In this document: one piece after another, positions 35,873 to 47,376 of the stretch
Layout of the letters: each line of letters opens with the position of its first letter
Numbering within the stretch: position 1 is the stretch's first letter
Source: an uncultured bacterium
GTDB taxonomy: Bacteria > Bdellovibrionota > JACOXK01 > 2-02-FULL-40-11
Direction of reading: 5' to 3'
Assembly (NCBI GenBank): GCA_964371555.1
Contig: CAYJMQ010000003.1
Coordinates: 1,290-65,289, forward strand
Length of the DNA: 64,000 bases
Position numbers and translations under genes: made by a program
The notes under the pieces: generated by a model
The model's database searches: none
The model's input: the letters and a program-made list of their open reading frames with translations, nothing else
Told to the model about the DNA's origin: nothing

Positions 35873-36895
35873 ATGAAAGCAGTTGTATTTCATGAATTTG
35901 GCGGGGCTGAGAAATTAAAGTTTGAAGATGTTTCTGATCCCACGCTTGGGGCGTACGATGTTCTTGTGCGGGTGAAAGCATGCGCAATGAATCATCTCGA
36001 TATTTGGGTTCGGGAAGGGATGTCGCCGCTCCCTATGCCTCATGTGTTGGGCTCAGATGTTTCCGGCGTGATCGCCGATGTCGGTCACGAGGTCAAAGAT
36101 TGGGAAGTGGGGGATTCGGTTCTCATTTCTCCCGGGATCAGCTGCGGTTGCTGCGAGATGTGTCTCAAGGGAGAAGATAATCTCTGCCCCGAATATACGA
36201 TTTTGGGAAAAAAACCGTGGGGCGGTTATGCGGAATTTGTAAAAATTCCGCATCAAAACCTCCTCCCTTACCCGCAAGGGCTGAATTTTCAGGAGGCCGC
36301 CGCCATTCCGTTAACCTTTTTGACGGTGTGGCAAATGCTTGTCAAAAAGGCGAAAATAAAACCGGGGGATTTCATTCTTGTGTTGGCCGCGGGGAGTGGG
36401 ATTGGTGTTGCCGCAATACAAGTGGCCAAGCTTTTTCAAGCCACAGTCATTGCGACGGCATCCACAGATGAAAAATTAGAGAAAGCAAGAGGGCTTGGCG
36501 CCGATTATCTTATTAATTATACGAAGGGCGATTTTTCAGAAGAGGTTAAAAAAATTACAAACAAGAGGGGGGTCGACATTGTTGTTGAGCATACCGGGGC
36601 CGCCACATGGGAGAAATCACTTTTAAGCGCAAAATGGGGGGGGACTATTGTGACCTGCGGGGCCACCTCAGGGCATGAGGGAAAAACAGATTTGCGTCAC
36701 GTTTATTTCAGACAACTTAAGATATTGGGATCGACGATGGGGAGCAAGGGGGATCTCTTTGAAATCATCAGGTGGGTTGAGAGGGGGAAACTGAAACCTG
36801 TCGTCGATCAGGCGATTCCCCTTAAAGATGCCGCTTTCGGCCATCAGAAAATGGCCGAAAGGAAGCAATTTGGAAAGATTGTGTTGGTTCCGTAG
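35873..36895 (+). CDS. Zinc-binding alcohol dehydrogenase / quinone oxidoreductase (MDR superfamily).
   Basis: MKAVVFHEFGGAEKLKFEDV..., a GHE region (SGVIADVGHEV) and the nucleotide-binding LVLAAGSGIGVAAIQVAK. Confidence 0.8.
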   Translation: MKAVVFHEFGGAEKLKFEDVSDPTLGAYDVLVRVKACAMNHLDIWVREGMSPLPMPHVLGSDVSGVIADVGHEVKDWEVGDSVLISPGISCGCCEMCLKGEDNLCPEYTILGKKPWGGYAEFVKIPHQNLLPYPQGLNFQEAAAIPLTFLTVWQMLVKKAKIKPGDFILVLAAGSGIGVAAIQVAKLFQATVIATASTDEKLEKARGLGADYLINYTKGDFSEEVKKITNKRGVDIVVEHTGAATWEKSLLSAKWGGTIVTCGATSGHEGKTDLRHVYFRQLKILGSTMGSKGDLFEIIRWVERGKLKPVVDQAIPLKDAAFGHQKMAERKQFGKIVLVP

Positions 36896-36948
36896 TTCAA
36901 AATCCGACTTGACTATTGGGGGAGTTTGGATAGACTGGGCTCCCGTGA

Positions 36949-39460
<2,512 letters not shown>

Positions 39461-39470
39461 AGGAAATTAA

Positions 39471-40439
39471 ATGTCATCATCGATTGAGCAGGCCAAACGC
39501 GTTCTTCGGATTGAGGCGGAAGCCATTTTAAGTCTGCTGGATAAAGTGGGAGAGAATTTCGATAAGGCAATCGACCTTCTTCTCCACTGCCGCGGCAAAG
39601 TGATTGTGACAGGGATGGGAAAATCAGGGCAGATTTGCAGAAAAATTGCGGCAACGCTTGCCAGCACAGGAACCCCTGCTTTTTTTCTTCATCCGGCAGA
39701 GGGGATTCATGGCGATTTGGGGATGGTTGCTAAAGATGATGTGGCCCTTGCAATTTCCTACAGCGGTGAAACAGATGAGCTGATCGGGATTCTTCCGATG
39801 GTAAAAAGGCTTGGCGTTCCGATTATTTCAATGACAGGGAATATGCAGTCGACACTGGCGCGGGCATCAGATGTTGTTTTGGATTTGAATGTTCCTGAAG
39901 AAGCGTGTCCTTTGGGGCTTGCCCCCACAGCCAGTACGACCGCAACCCTTGCGATGGGGGATGCCGTGGCGGTCGCCCTTCTTGAAAAAAGGGGATTTAG
40001 AGAATCTGATTTTGCGCTTCTTCACCCCGGTGGAACCCTGGGGCGAAAACTTCTCTTTAAAGTCAAAGATCTGATGAAGGTGAAAGATGAGATTCCGCTG
40101 ACAAATATCCGCTCTGACATGCGCCAGACGCTCATGGAGATTACTTCCAAACATTTGGGAACGACCGGTGTTGTAGACGATTCGGGAAAACTGGTTGGGA
40201 TTATTACTGATGGAGACTTGAGGCGCCATCTTAGAAAAAAAACAACAGATTTCTTTAACCAGACGGCCTTCGATCTTATGACAAAAAATCCCAAAACGAT
40301 CGATCAGGAGGAGCTCGCCTCCAAAGCCCTTCATATTATGGAGAAACATACGATTACCTGCCTATTCGTTGTTGGCGGCGACACCCACCCCACCGGCATC
40401 CTTCATCTTCACGATCTGATTCGGGTGAAGGTGGTCTGA
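39471..40439 (+). CDS. kdsD: Arabinose-5-phosphate isomerase (SIS plus tandem CBS domains).
   Basis: GKVIVTGMGKSGQICRKIAATLASTGTPAFFLHPAE SIS motif and a C-terminal CBS pair. Confidence 0.85.
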   Translation: MSSSIEQAKRVLRIEAEAILSLLDKVGENFDKAIDLLLHCRGKVIVTGMGKSGQICRKIAATLASTGTPAFFLHPAEGIHGDLGMVAKDDVALAISYSGETDELIGILPMVKRLGVPIISMTGNMQSTLARASDVVLDLNVPEEACPLGLAPTASTTATLAMGDAVAVALLEKRGFRESDFALLHPGGTLGRKLLFKVKDLMKVKDEIPLTNIRSDMRQTLMEITSKHLGTTGVVDDSGKLVGIITDGDLRRHLRKKTTDFFNQTAFDLMTKNPKTIDQEELASKALHIMEKHTITCLFVVGGDTHPTGILHLHDLIRVKVV

Positions 40440-40561
40440 TTTCCCCATTTGACTTCTATTGCCCAAAGTTTGTTCACCATCCTTAAAAATGGGAACGAAT
40501 CCTTACGCTTTGTGCTCGAAATGACACTTTTTCAACATCCTCGCGCGCGTATTGTCGGTTT

Positions 40562-40589
40562 TTGACAAGATCAGATATCTGGGTAGAAT
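40562..40589 (+). promoter_or_regulatory. Sigma-70-like promoter (TTGACA, 16-nt spacer, TAGAAT) upstream of the first tandem paralog. The spacer contains an 8-bp palindrome AGATATCT.
   Basis: TTGACA 40562-40567 and TAGAAT 40584-40589. The ATG is at 40613. Confidence 0.4.
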
Positions 40590-40612
40590 AAGAATTATCC
40601 GGTGTAGAACGT

Positions 40613-41878
40613 ATGCGATTGCAGGATATTATTTTTTCTCTTTTATTTCTTCTCATTATCTCATTTTACGGTTGCGGGAAGGGTGAGAGGCTGCCACTGC
40701 CCGTAGGGTCAGAGATTCAACAAGAAGCAGGAGGCGGTTTTTTAGATGCGGCGCCTGCGATTTCTGGCGCTGGCATTTTCTTTTCTGATGAAACGGCAAA
40801 AGCCCTCGATGCGCAAGGAAGAGCCATTTCTACGGAGCTTGCTCCATTCTTAAGAAAGCTTACCATAGGCCATGTCAATGTTGGAAACATAGATATTGTC
40901 GCAGCCGCAACATCTGTGGATAAAAAAAAGGTTTTTCTACTGGTCGTGATCGATCACACGACATTGGAGAGCAGACGTGAAGAAAAAGTGGAATCGCTGG
41001 TTTTGTCCGCTCCGATTGAAGATGGAAGAATCCTTTATCGGCAAATGCAATATCATGAGCTGGTTGGCATTCCATTTGGGGTTCTCTTCTGCGCAATGAC
41101 GAGGATAGGCGAAGCAGGGCTCTTATTATCTACCGGAGAGGATTTATTGCAGTTCGAAAGGGGGGAAGGGCTTTCCGCTGAGAGGGGCTTTTCGATTTTA
41201 GCCGGCGATGTATTTCAGTTGAAAAAAATGTATACAAGATCATCGAATCCGCAATCTCAGGTTGTGGGGGGGCCAGGGCCAGGGCCAGGGCCAGGGCCAG
41301 GGATCGTTGAGCTTTTTCCCGGAAAAAATCAAACGATTTTTGCAGTGTCAGGAAGTCGTATCTTTGATTTCATTCTGGATGATGTGGAAGGGACGTTTAG
41401 CTCTGGAACGGTTCAAATAGATTTTGGGGAACCTCTGGGAGGGGGGGAATTCGATTTTTCTCAATCGCGAATCATCGCTGCCAGTCGTTCTGGAAATAAA
41501 GTCTTCTTTACGTCGTCGCAAGAAGTAACCGAAATTCAAAATATATTTGAGATGCCTTTGAGAGGTGTCAGAGATCTTTCAGATATTCTTTTGATTGAGA
41601 ATAAGCTTATTCCAACTTATGGAAATTGTGGCTTTAAAAAATGTCCATCACCGTTAAAAGGGGGTTCTTTATTGGAATTGCGTTGTCTGAATAAACGTGA
41701 ACCACTGGGAGAGACAACGTTTGTGGATATTTTTTTACAATCTGCGCCCCTCCATTCTATTTGGGTTTTTGACTGTCCGGTTGCCTGCTGCCCACTGGAG
41801 TCAGGTTCCGATGGTGATGCGGAGTCAGGTGGTCCTCAAGGTGGCGGAGGGGGAGGTATCCATGTTCCTCCAAATTAA
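40613..41878 (+). CDS. Hypothetical lipoprotein, paralog A of a tandem pair. Carries a (Gly-Pro)5 linker encoded by a GGGCCA microsatellite.
   Basis: Signal peptide with lipobox (LIISFYGC). No recognisable family. Clear paralogy to the downstream ORF, including shared N-terminal domain blocks (VFLLVVIDH / LFLLAIDDV) and a GNCGFKKCPSP motif. Confidence 0.6.
   Translation: MRLQDIIFSLLFLLIISFYGCGKGERLPLPVGSEIQQEAGGGFLDAAPAISGAGIFFSDETAKALDAQGRAISTELAPFLRKLTIGHVNVGNIDIVAAATSVDKKKVFLLVVIDHTTLESRREEKVESLVLSAPIEDGRILYRQMQYHELVGIPFGVLFCAMTRIGEAGLLLSTGEDLLQFERGEGLSAERGFSILAGDVFQLKKMYTRSSNPQSQVVGGPGPGPGPGPGIVELFPGKNQTIFAVSGSRIFDFILDDVEGTFSSGTVQIDFGEPLGGGEFDFSQSRIIAASRSGNKVFFTSSQEVTEIQNIFEMPLRGVRDLSDILLIENKLIPTYGNCGFKKCPSPLKGGSLLELRCLNKREPLGETTFVDIFLQSAPLHSIWVFDCPVACCPLESGSDGDAESGGPQGGGGGGIHVPPN
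41270..41302 (+). repeat. (GGGCCA)x5 hexanucleotide microsatellite inside paralog A, encoding PGPGPGPGPG.
   Basis: Direct reading of 41270-41302. It is preceded by a G7 run. Confidence 0.9.
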
Positions 41879-43703
41879 CCGTACGCTTCTTTTTTTGGTC
41901 ATCGTCATGATGAGTTTTGGCGGTAAAACAGCTGCCACTGACAGTGTTTCTTCCCTTATCATCGCAAATCCTTCGAATCTCAATATTGTGGCTGCGGGAG
42001 TGACCTTTGATCACGCGCGCTTATTTTTGCTTGCTATCGATGATGTAAATGTTCAAGAATCAGCAACGGGAAAGCAGCGAATTCCCTTCCTTCTTTCTGT
42101 CCCTATAGTCAATGGAAATGTCCTCTATCAGCTGATGAAACAACACCGTCTGGTTGGAATGGAAGAGGGGTTGATTCCATGTGCCCTGACGCCGCTCACA
42201 TCCGATGGCCGGGAACTCTTACTTTCCAATGGGTCCCAACTTTTTCGGTTTGAAATCACAAGAATAGAAACAGTGGGGATAGATGCCTCTATTGCCCCAG
42301 CCGGTTTTGATTTTCGTTTTGTCAAAAAATATGAGCCATCCCCTCAGACGACAGGTATTGAGGAGCTCTTTTCTGATGAAGAACGACCGGGAACTTTTTA
42401 CGCTATTTCTGAAAAAAGGGTTTTTGAGTTTACACTGGATGATACGAGGAATTTATTTTTGAAAGGGGGATTTGAACGGGAGTTTCCCGAACTTTTAGGG
42501 GGTGGGGCAAAGCTTGGGGACCGATTCTATCTGGGAGGCAAGGGGGGACGCCTTTATGTTACAGATCTTTTAAACTTGGTAAATTTAGAGATAGAGACTC
42601 GGGATTTGTCTCCTTCCCGGTTTTCGGAATTGGGGGGGGTCTCTGAACTTTCTGATATGATATTTTTGAAAAAGGAATCAGAAAAACTGGCGATTACGGT
42701 TGGAAACTGCTCTGGACAATTCAAAGGATGTCCTTCTCCACCGAACATTGAGGAGGGAGATACAACGTTTGCCTGTATAAACAAGCGCGCCCCTGGCATT
42801 AGCTTTTTTACAGATCCCTTATTTGCGTCTCCGACAAATCCACAAGGCTTGATTACATTTAAAACTTTGGGTCCGCCACGAACCGGACTTATCTCTATAA
42901 CAAATTTGAAATGTTGCCCTTTCTTTGCGCCTGCAGAATCGCCGTTTGCAAGTGGCGGCCCTGCTGGTGGCGACTCTGCAGGCGGCGATTCTGCAGGTGG
43001 CGGCCCTGCTGGTGGCGACTCTGCTGGTGGCGACTCTGCGGAACCACTGCCCGCAGGGCCAACACTTACAGAGATTCCTTCAACTGGGGTAACTGGGGTT
43101 TCATGTCCGGTTATTACCTCAAGCGACACCTCATTCCCCCCCACCATTCAGCCGCTTCTTAATCTGGGCTTAAGTCTTTCAGCCGGAAAACTTTTTTTTA
43201 ATGCTTCAGGGGGGACAAGAATGCTCTCTCAATCCACCTTCGTGAAAATACCTTCTGTCGAGATAATACCCTCCATTCCCATAAAGGTGTTGCGGTTTCA
43301 GTTCCTCTTGACAAATCTTCAGGGGCCCGAAACCCGGACAGACGCGGCGGGGAGAAAGACGGCGACGCCGGGAACCGCAAATGTGACTCTGAATGTTGCG
43401 GCTCTGGATGTGGCGGGGAAGAACATAGCGTTTGCCCAGCAGACGAGGTCAACGATATTTTTTGATTCCCTGGGGAACCGATTAAGTAAACCGATATTAA
43501 CATCTGGCACGAGATTATTTATTCCTGAATCAACAATGAAAGGGTTTACCGCGGTTCAAAGTGACGGCAAAACGATCGATTTTACCGTCGATCTTCCACT
43601 TACTACAAAGACAGTGACGATCACCTTCACGGAAGACTCTTCATTTACGGCAAAAGAATTTTCTGCCGGAGTTTGTGAACTTCCTGTCATACAAACTCCA
43701 TAA
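41862..43703 (+). CDS. Hypothetical secreted protein, paralog B of the tandem pair. Carries GG(D/P)SA pentapeptide repeats and a C-terminal beta-rich extension.
   Basis: ATG at 41862 preceded by GGAGG. Signal peptide MFLQINRTLLFLVIVMMSFGG. Homologous to paralog A over about 400 aa (GNCSGQFKGCPSP motif). The six-frame ORF starting at 41697 overlaps paralog A and is probably not translated. Confidence 0.6.
   Translation: MFLQINRTLLFLVIVMMSFGGKTAATDSVSSLIIANPSNLNIVAAGVTFDHARLFLLAIDDVNVQESATGKQRIPFLLSVPIVNGNVLYQLMKQHRLVGMEEGLIPCALTPLTSDGRELLLSNGSQLFRFEITRIETVGIDASIAPAGFDFRFVKKYEPSPQTTGIEELFSDEERPGTFYAISEKRVFEFTLDDTRNLFLKGGFEREFPELLGGGAKLGDRFYLGGKGGRLYVTDLLNLVNLEIETRDLSPSRFSELGGVSELSDMIFLKKESEKLAITVGNCSGQFKGCPSPPNIEEGDTTFACINKRAPGISFFTDPLFASPTNPQGLITFKTLGPPRTGLISITNLKCCPFFAPAESPFASGGPAGGDSAGGDSAGGGPAGGDSAGGDSAEPLPAGPTLTEIPSTGVTGVSCPVITSSDTSFPPTIQPLLNLGLSLSAGKLFFNASGGTRMLSQSTFVKIPSVEIIPSIPIKVLRFQFLLTNLQGPETRTDAAGRKTATPGTANVTLNVAALDVAGKNIAFAQQTRSTIFFDSLGNRLSKPILTSGTRLFIPESTMKGFTAVQSDGKTIDFTVDLPLTTKTVTITFTEDSSFTAKEFSAGVCELPVIQTP
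42954..43043 (+). repeat. Six tandem 15-nt units (GGCGRCBCTGCWGGY) encoding GGPAG/GDSAG repeats in paralog B.
   Basis: Direct reading of 42954-43043. Confidence 0.85.
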
Positions 43704-43745
43704 GCGGCGACGGCCTCCAATAAGTTGGCACAGATTTTGCTTGCG

Positions 43746-43761
43746 GTTTTGACACCCTGCC
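43746..43761 (+). promoter_or_regulatory. Candidate sigma-54 (-24/-12) promoter TGGCAC-N5-TTGCT upstream of the lptC/A-like-lptB-rpoN operon.
   Basis: TGGCACAGATTTTGCT has GG and GC exactly 12 nt apart, as in the TGGCACG-N4-TTGCW consensus. It sits about 105 nt upstream of the GTG start at 43866. Confidence 0.4.
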
Positions 43762-43865
43762 TCATTGGTGCTAGCATAAAATTGTATTACATCATTACAT
43801 TACATCTGGGAAGTTTACCTCGATACAAGTACAGGGGTTAAACCCAATCAGAAGGGTGGATAAGA

Positions 43866-44843
43866 GTGTTAACGGTTAGACGCACATCGCCGCTTGCTTT
43901 TTTGGTTTTGGCGGTTGTTGTCGCGGAATTGCTGGTTTTTATGCCGACAAGCATTAAAAAAGAGGCGACAATGAATGAAATTGTGATTCCGCCCGAAGGG
44001 GCGAATCTGAGCATTAAAGGTTTTCGGGCTGTCCATTTCAATCAGGAAGGTCAAAAGGAAATTATTAAAGCAGATGAGGCGGAGCTCTATCGCAAAGAGG
44101 GGTTTTCTTATCTTAAAAATGTCGATGTGACGATTTTTTCAAAGGGAGGTCAGACCCTCCTCATCCATGGCTTGGCCGGAAAACATTTTTTGGAAACGAA
44201 AGATGTGGAGCTCTCCGATCAGGTTACGGCGACTTCGGAAAATCTCGGCTATGAATTAAAAACAAATTATTTAAAATATGAAGAGACGAGAAATCTTCTT
44301 TCAAGCTGGGACAAAATAGAACTTCTTGGCCCGAACCCCAAAGAACCGTCGCTTATTGTTTTGGGAGAGGGGCTGGAAGGGAACACCAAAACGCAGGAAT
44401 TTAAAATTTTAAAGGATGTTCGGTGCCAAAAATTTGATGTCAAAGCGGATGCTATTGACATCACTTCTCTGCAGGCGCAATTCTTTCTTGCCAGAAATGA
44501 AGGGCTTTTTCAGAATAATGTTGTTGTAAAACAGAAAGACATGACTATTTATGCGGATAATTTTCTCGTTAATTTTAACAATCAAAACCGGGGCATCGAT
44601 AAAGCCAAGGCATACCCCGATGTGAAGATTGTTCAGGGGGATCGTGTGGCAACCTGCGAGCGGGCATATCTTTTGAATCGCGAGCAAAAGATAGTGCTTG
44701 TGGGGCGTCCCAAAGTAACGCAGGGGAACGACATCGTTGAAGCAAAGGTTGTCATATTCTATACGGCTCAAAATAAGATTGTGTTTGACGATGCGATTGG
44801 CGAAGTTGATGTCAAAAAGGTTCAGAAGCTCGAAGGGGAATAG
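43866..44843 (+). CDS. LPS-transport periplasmic protein. LptC-like N-terminal half (TM anchor) fused to an LptA/OstA-like C-terminal half.
   Basis: N-terminal TM helix. First half resembles LptC (IKGFRAVHFNQEGQKEIIKADEAELYRKEGFSYLKNVDVTIF). Second half resembles LptA (ADAIDITS...GNDIVEAKVVIFY). Located immediately upstream of lptB. GTG start. Confidence 0.55.
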   Translation: MLTVRRTSPLAFLVLAVVVAELLVFMPTSIKKEATMNEIVIPPEGANLSIKGFRAVHFNQEGQKEIIKADEAELYRKEGFSYLKNVDVTIFSKGGQTLLIHGLAGKHFLETKDVELSDQVTATSENLGYELKTNYLKYEETRNLLSSWDKIELLGPNPKEPSLIVLGEGLEGNTKTQEFKILKDVRCQKFDVKADAIDITSLQAQFFLARNEGLFQNNVVVKQKDMTIYADNFLVNFNNQNRGIDKAKAYPDVKIVQGDRVATCERAYLLNREQKIVLVGRPKVTQGNDIVEAKVVIFYTAQNKIVFDDAIGEVDVKKVQKLEGE

Positions 44844-44848
44844 ACGGT

Positions 44849-45571
44849 ATGCATGTTTTAAAGGCCGAGAGAATTTGTAAAAGTTTTAAAGACCGGAAAG
44901 TGGTTGACGAAGTCTCGTTTGAAGTTCGGTCGGGGCAGATTGTCGGTCTTTTGGGACCGAATGGGGCTGGCAAGACGACAAGCTTTTACACCGTTGTCGG
45001 AATTTTAAAGCCGGATTCCGGCGTTATTCTTTTCGACGATACGCCGATTACGCGTCTTCCCATGTATCAGCGGGCGCGGATTGGGATCAGCTATCTGGCG
45101 CAAGAGCCTTCGATTTTCCGGAAAATGACCGTCCGGTCGAATATTATGGCTGTGCTTGAAAACAGGGATTTGAATCTGTCGGAACGGGAGGCCAGGCTTG
45201 AAAAACTTCTCGAAGATCTCAATATTGCGCATATTTCAGACGCAAAAGCGTTTCAGCTTTCGGGGGGGGAACGGCGGCGGGTTGAAATTGCGCGCGCGCT
45301 TGCAACAAACCCGCATTTTATACTTTTAGATGAGCCGTTTGCGGGGATCGACCCGATTGCGGTGATTGAGCTTCAAAAAATTATTGAGCAGCTCAGACAA
45401 AAAGGGATTGGGGTTCTTATTACCGACCACAACGTGCGTGAAACTTTGGGAATTTGCGATCTCAGTTATCTTTTGAAAGATGGCCGCGTGCGGGAGGTAG
45501 GGACTGCGGAGCAGCTCATCAACAGCAAAATTGCGCGTGAAAGTTATCTGGGAGAGGGATTCAGGCTCTGA
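44849..45571 (+). CDS. lptB: LPS export ABC transporter ATP-binding protein.
   Basis: GLLGPNGAGKTTSFY Walker A and LSGGERRRVEIARAL signature. Position upstream of rpoN. Confidence 0.9.
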   Translation: MHVLKAERICKSFKDRKVVDEVSFEVRSGQIVGLLGPNGAGKTTSFYTVVGILKPDSGVILFDDTPITRLPMYQRARIGISYLAQEPSIFRKMTVRSNIMAVLENRDLNLSEREARLEKLLEDLNIAHISDAKAFQLSGGERRRVEIARALATNPHFILLDEPFAGIDPIAVIELQKIIEQLRQKGIGVLITDHNVRETLGICDLSYLLKDGRVREVGTAEQLINSKIARESYLGEGFRL

Positions 45572-45579
45572 GGTAAAAC

Positions 45580-47010
45580 ATGGCGATTGGAATGAAGCAA
45601 CAAATGAGAATGACACAGTCGCTGGTTATGACACCCCAGCTGCAGCAGGCGATTAAGCTTTTGCAGCTTTCACGTCTCGAGCTTGAGAATCTCATTACCC
45701 AGGAAATGGTTGAGAATCCCATTCTTGAAGAAACCCATGATGTTGACGAGGATGAAGCGGCGAAGAGCACAAAAATGGAAGAGGAGACGCGTGCCGCCAA
45801 AGAAGAACAGGAGAAAGGGGTGGAAGGGGGGGATACTTTTGACTGGGAATCTTATGTGGAGAGTTATAATCCATCGATGCCGGCGACGGGTCCTTTGAAA
45901 ACGGACGAGACGCAGCAGTTTGAAAATGTGACAACGAAGACGACGGATCTGAATGGTCATCTCATGTGGCAGCTTCAGATGACCCGCATGAGTGAAGATG
46001 AAGAGAGAATCGCAACCCTGATTATCGGGAATCTCAATGAAGATGGATTTTTAAAAATTCCCCTTGAAGAATTGGCGGCGAAAGAAGGGGTGTCCCTCGA
46101 TCTTTGTGAGAACGTTTTAAAACGCGTTCAGGGGTTTGATCCGGTCGGGGTGGCGAGTCGCGATTTAAAAGAGTGCCTTCTGGTTCAGGCGAGACAGCTT
46201 CCCGTCCGCGATCCAAATCTGGAAACCCTCATTGAGAATCACCTGGTCGACCTGGAAAAGAGAAATTATCCGGTCATTGCAAAGGCGATGAATCTTGCGC
46301 TTGAGAAGGTTCTTCAACTGACACAGGTTATATCTCAAATGGAACCGAGACCGGGTCGTTCATTTTCGAGCGCCGATACGCACTACATTACCCCGGATGT
46401 CTATGTCTATAAAAGAGGGGGGGAATATATTGTTTCACTCAATGAGGATGGCTTGCCGCGGCTGAGGATCAGCAATTTTTATAAAAGCGCGCTTCAGGGA
46501 AAACAGGCGTCGCAACTGACGAAAGAATATATTCAGGACAAGTTGAGATCCGCCGTGTGGCTCATTCGGTCTATCCATCAGCGTCAGCGGACGATTTATA
46601 AGGTGACGGAAAGCATCGTAAAGCATCAGACGGAATTTTTAGACAATGGAATCACCCATTTAAAACCGTTGGTTTTGAGAGATGTCGCTGATGACATCGG
46701 CATGCATGAATCGACGGTCTCCCGTGTGACAACCAATAAATACGTTCATACGCCGCAGGGGATTTTTGAGTTAAAGTATTTTTTCAATACCAGCATTGGA
46801 AAACCGGGCGAACAGCAGGTGGCGAGCCAGAGTGTTAAAGAAAGAATCAGGAGCCTTGTTGCCGGTGAGGATCCGAAGCATCCCGTTTCCGATCAAGGGA
46901 TTGTCGAGATGCTTCAGGCGGAAGGGATTGCCATCGCAAGAAGAACCGTTGCAAAATACCGGGAGATTCTGGGAATTTTGCCTTCTTCAAGACGGAAAAA
47001 ATATTTTTAG
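45580..47010 (+). CDS. rpoN: RNA polymerase sigma-54 factor.
   Basis: N-terminal region I MKQQMRMTQSLVMTPQLQQAIKLLQLSRLEL and a C-terminal RpoN box ARRTVAKYRE. Confidence 0.9.
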   Translation: MAIGMKQQMRMTQSLVMTPQLQQAIKLLQLSRLELENLITQEMVENPILEETHDVDEDEAAKSTKMEEETRAAKEEQEKGVEGGDTFDWESYVESYNPSMPATGPLKTDETQQFENVTTKTTDLNGHLMWQLQMTRMSEDEERIATLIIGNLNEDGFLKIPLEELAAKEGVSLDLCENVLKRVQGFDPVGVASRDLKECLLVQARQLPVRDPNLETLIENHLVDLEKRNYPVIAKAMNLALEKVLQLTQVISQMEPRPGRSFSSADTHYITPDVYVYKRGGEYIVSLNEDGLPRLRISNFYKSALQGKQASQLTKEYIQDKLRSAVWLIRSIHQRQRTIYKVTESIVKHQTEFLDNGITHLKPLVLRDVADDIGMHESTVSRVTTNKYVHTPQGIFELKYFFNTSIGKPGEQQVASQSVKERIRSLVAGEDPKHPVSDQGIVEMLQAEGIAIARRTVAKYREILGILPSSRRKKYF

Positions 47011-47020
47011 GAGGTGACTT

Positions 47021-47362
47021 ATGGATGTTTTTATCACATTCAGGCATCTTGAAGGGACGGAGGGTATCAGGCAGTATACGGAACAAAAGGCCGGGAAGCT
47101 TGTGAAGTATCTTCTTGAGCCGGCGAATCTGCATGTGACCTTTTCGCTTGAAAGATATCGGCATCGTGTCGACATCATGCTTTCTGAAAAGCGACATCTG
47201 CTCAAAGCCCAGGGGATTACGAATGATATGTACGCTTCGATAGACGCAGCGATGCATAATCTTGAGGAACAGCTTAAAAAACACAAAGAAAAGATCAAGA
47301 GGCATCATTTTTTAAGGACTTTTTTGGAGAAAATCAGAAGTTATAAAAAAAGAGCGGCTTAA
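47021..47362 (+). CDS. hpf: Ribosome hibernation-promoting factor (HPF/RaiA family).
   Basis: MDVFITFRHLEGTEGIRQYTEQKAGKLVKYL. Position downstream of rpoN. Confidence 0.85.
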   Translation: MDVFITFRHLEGTEGIRQYTEQKAGKLVKYLLEPANLHVTFSLERYRHRVDIMLSEKRHLLKAQGITNDMYASIDAAMHNLEEQLKKHKEKIKRHHFLRTFLEKIRSYKKRAA

Positions 47363-47376
47363 CAAATCGGAAGCTT

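Noticed and set aside
41697-41861. Upstream extension of paralog B that overlaps paralog A by 180 nt
   Set aside because: An ATG with a GGAGG RBS at 41862, followed immediately by a signal peptide, is a far better start. The extension lacks paralog conservation.
42554-43147. 197-aa minus-strand ORF rich in PAESPP repeats
   Set aside because: It is the antisense reading of the 15-nt tandem repeats inside paralog B. There is no independent start or RBS context and it overlaps a better-supported gene.
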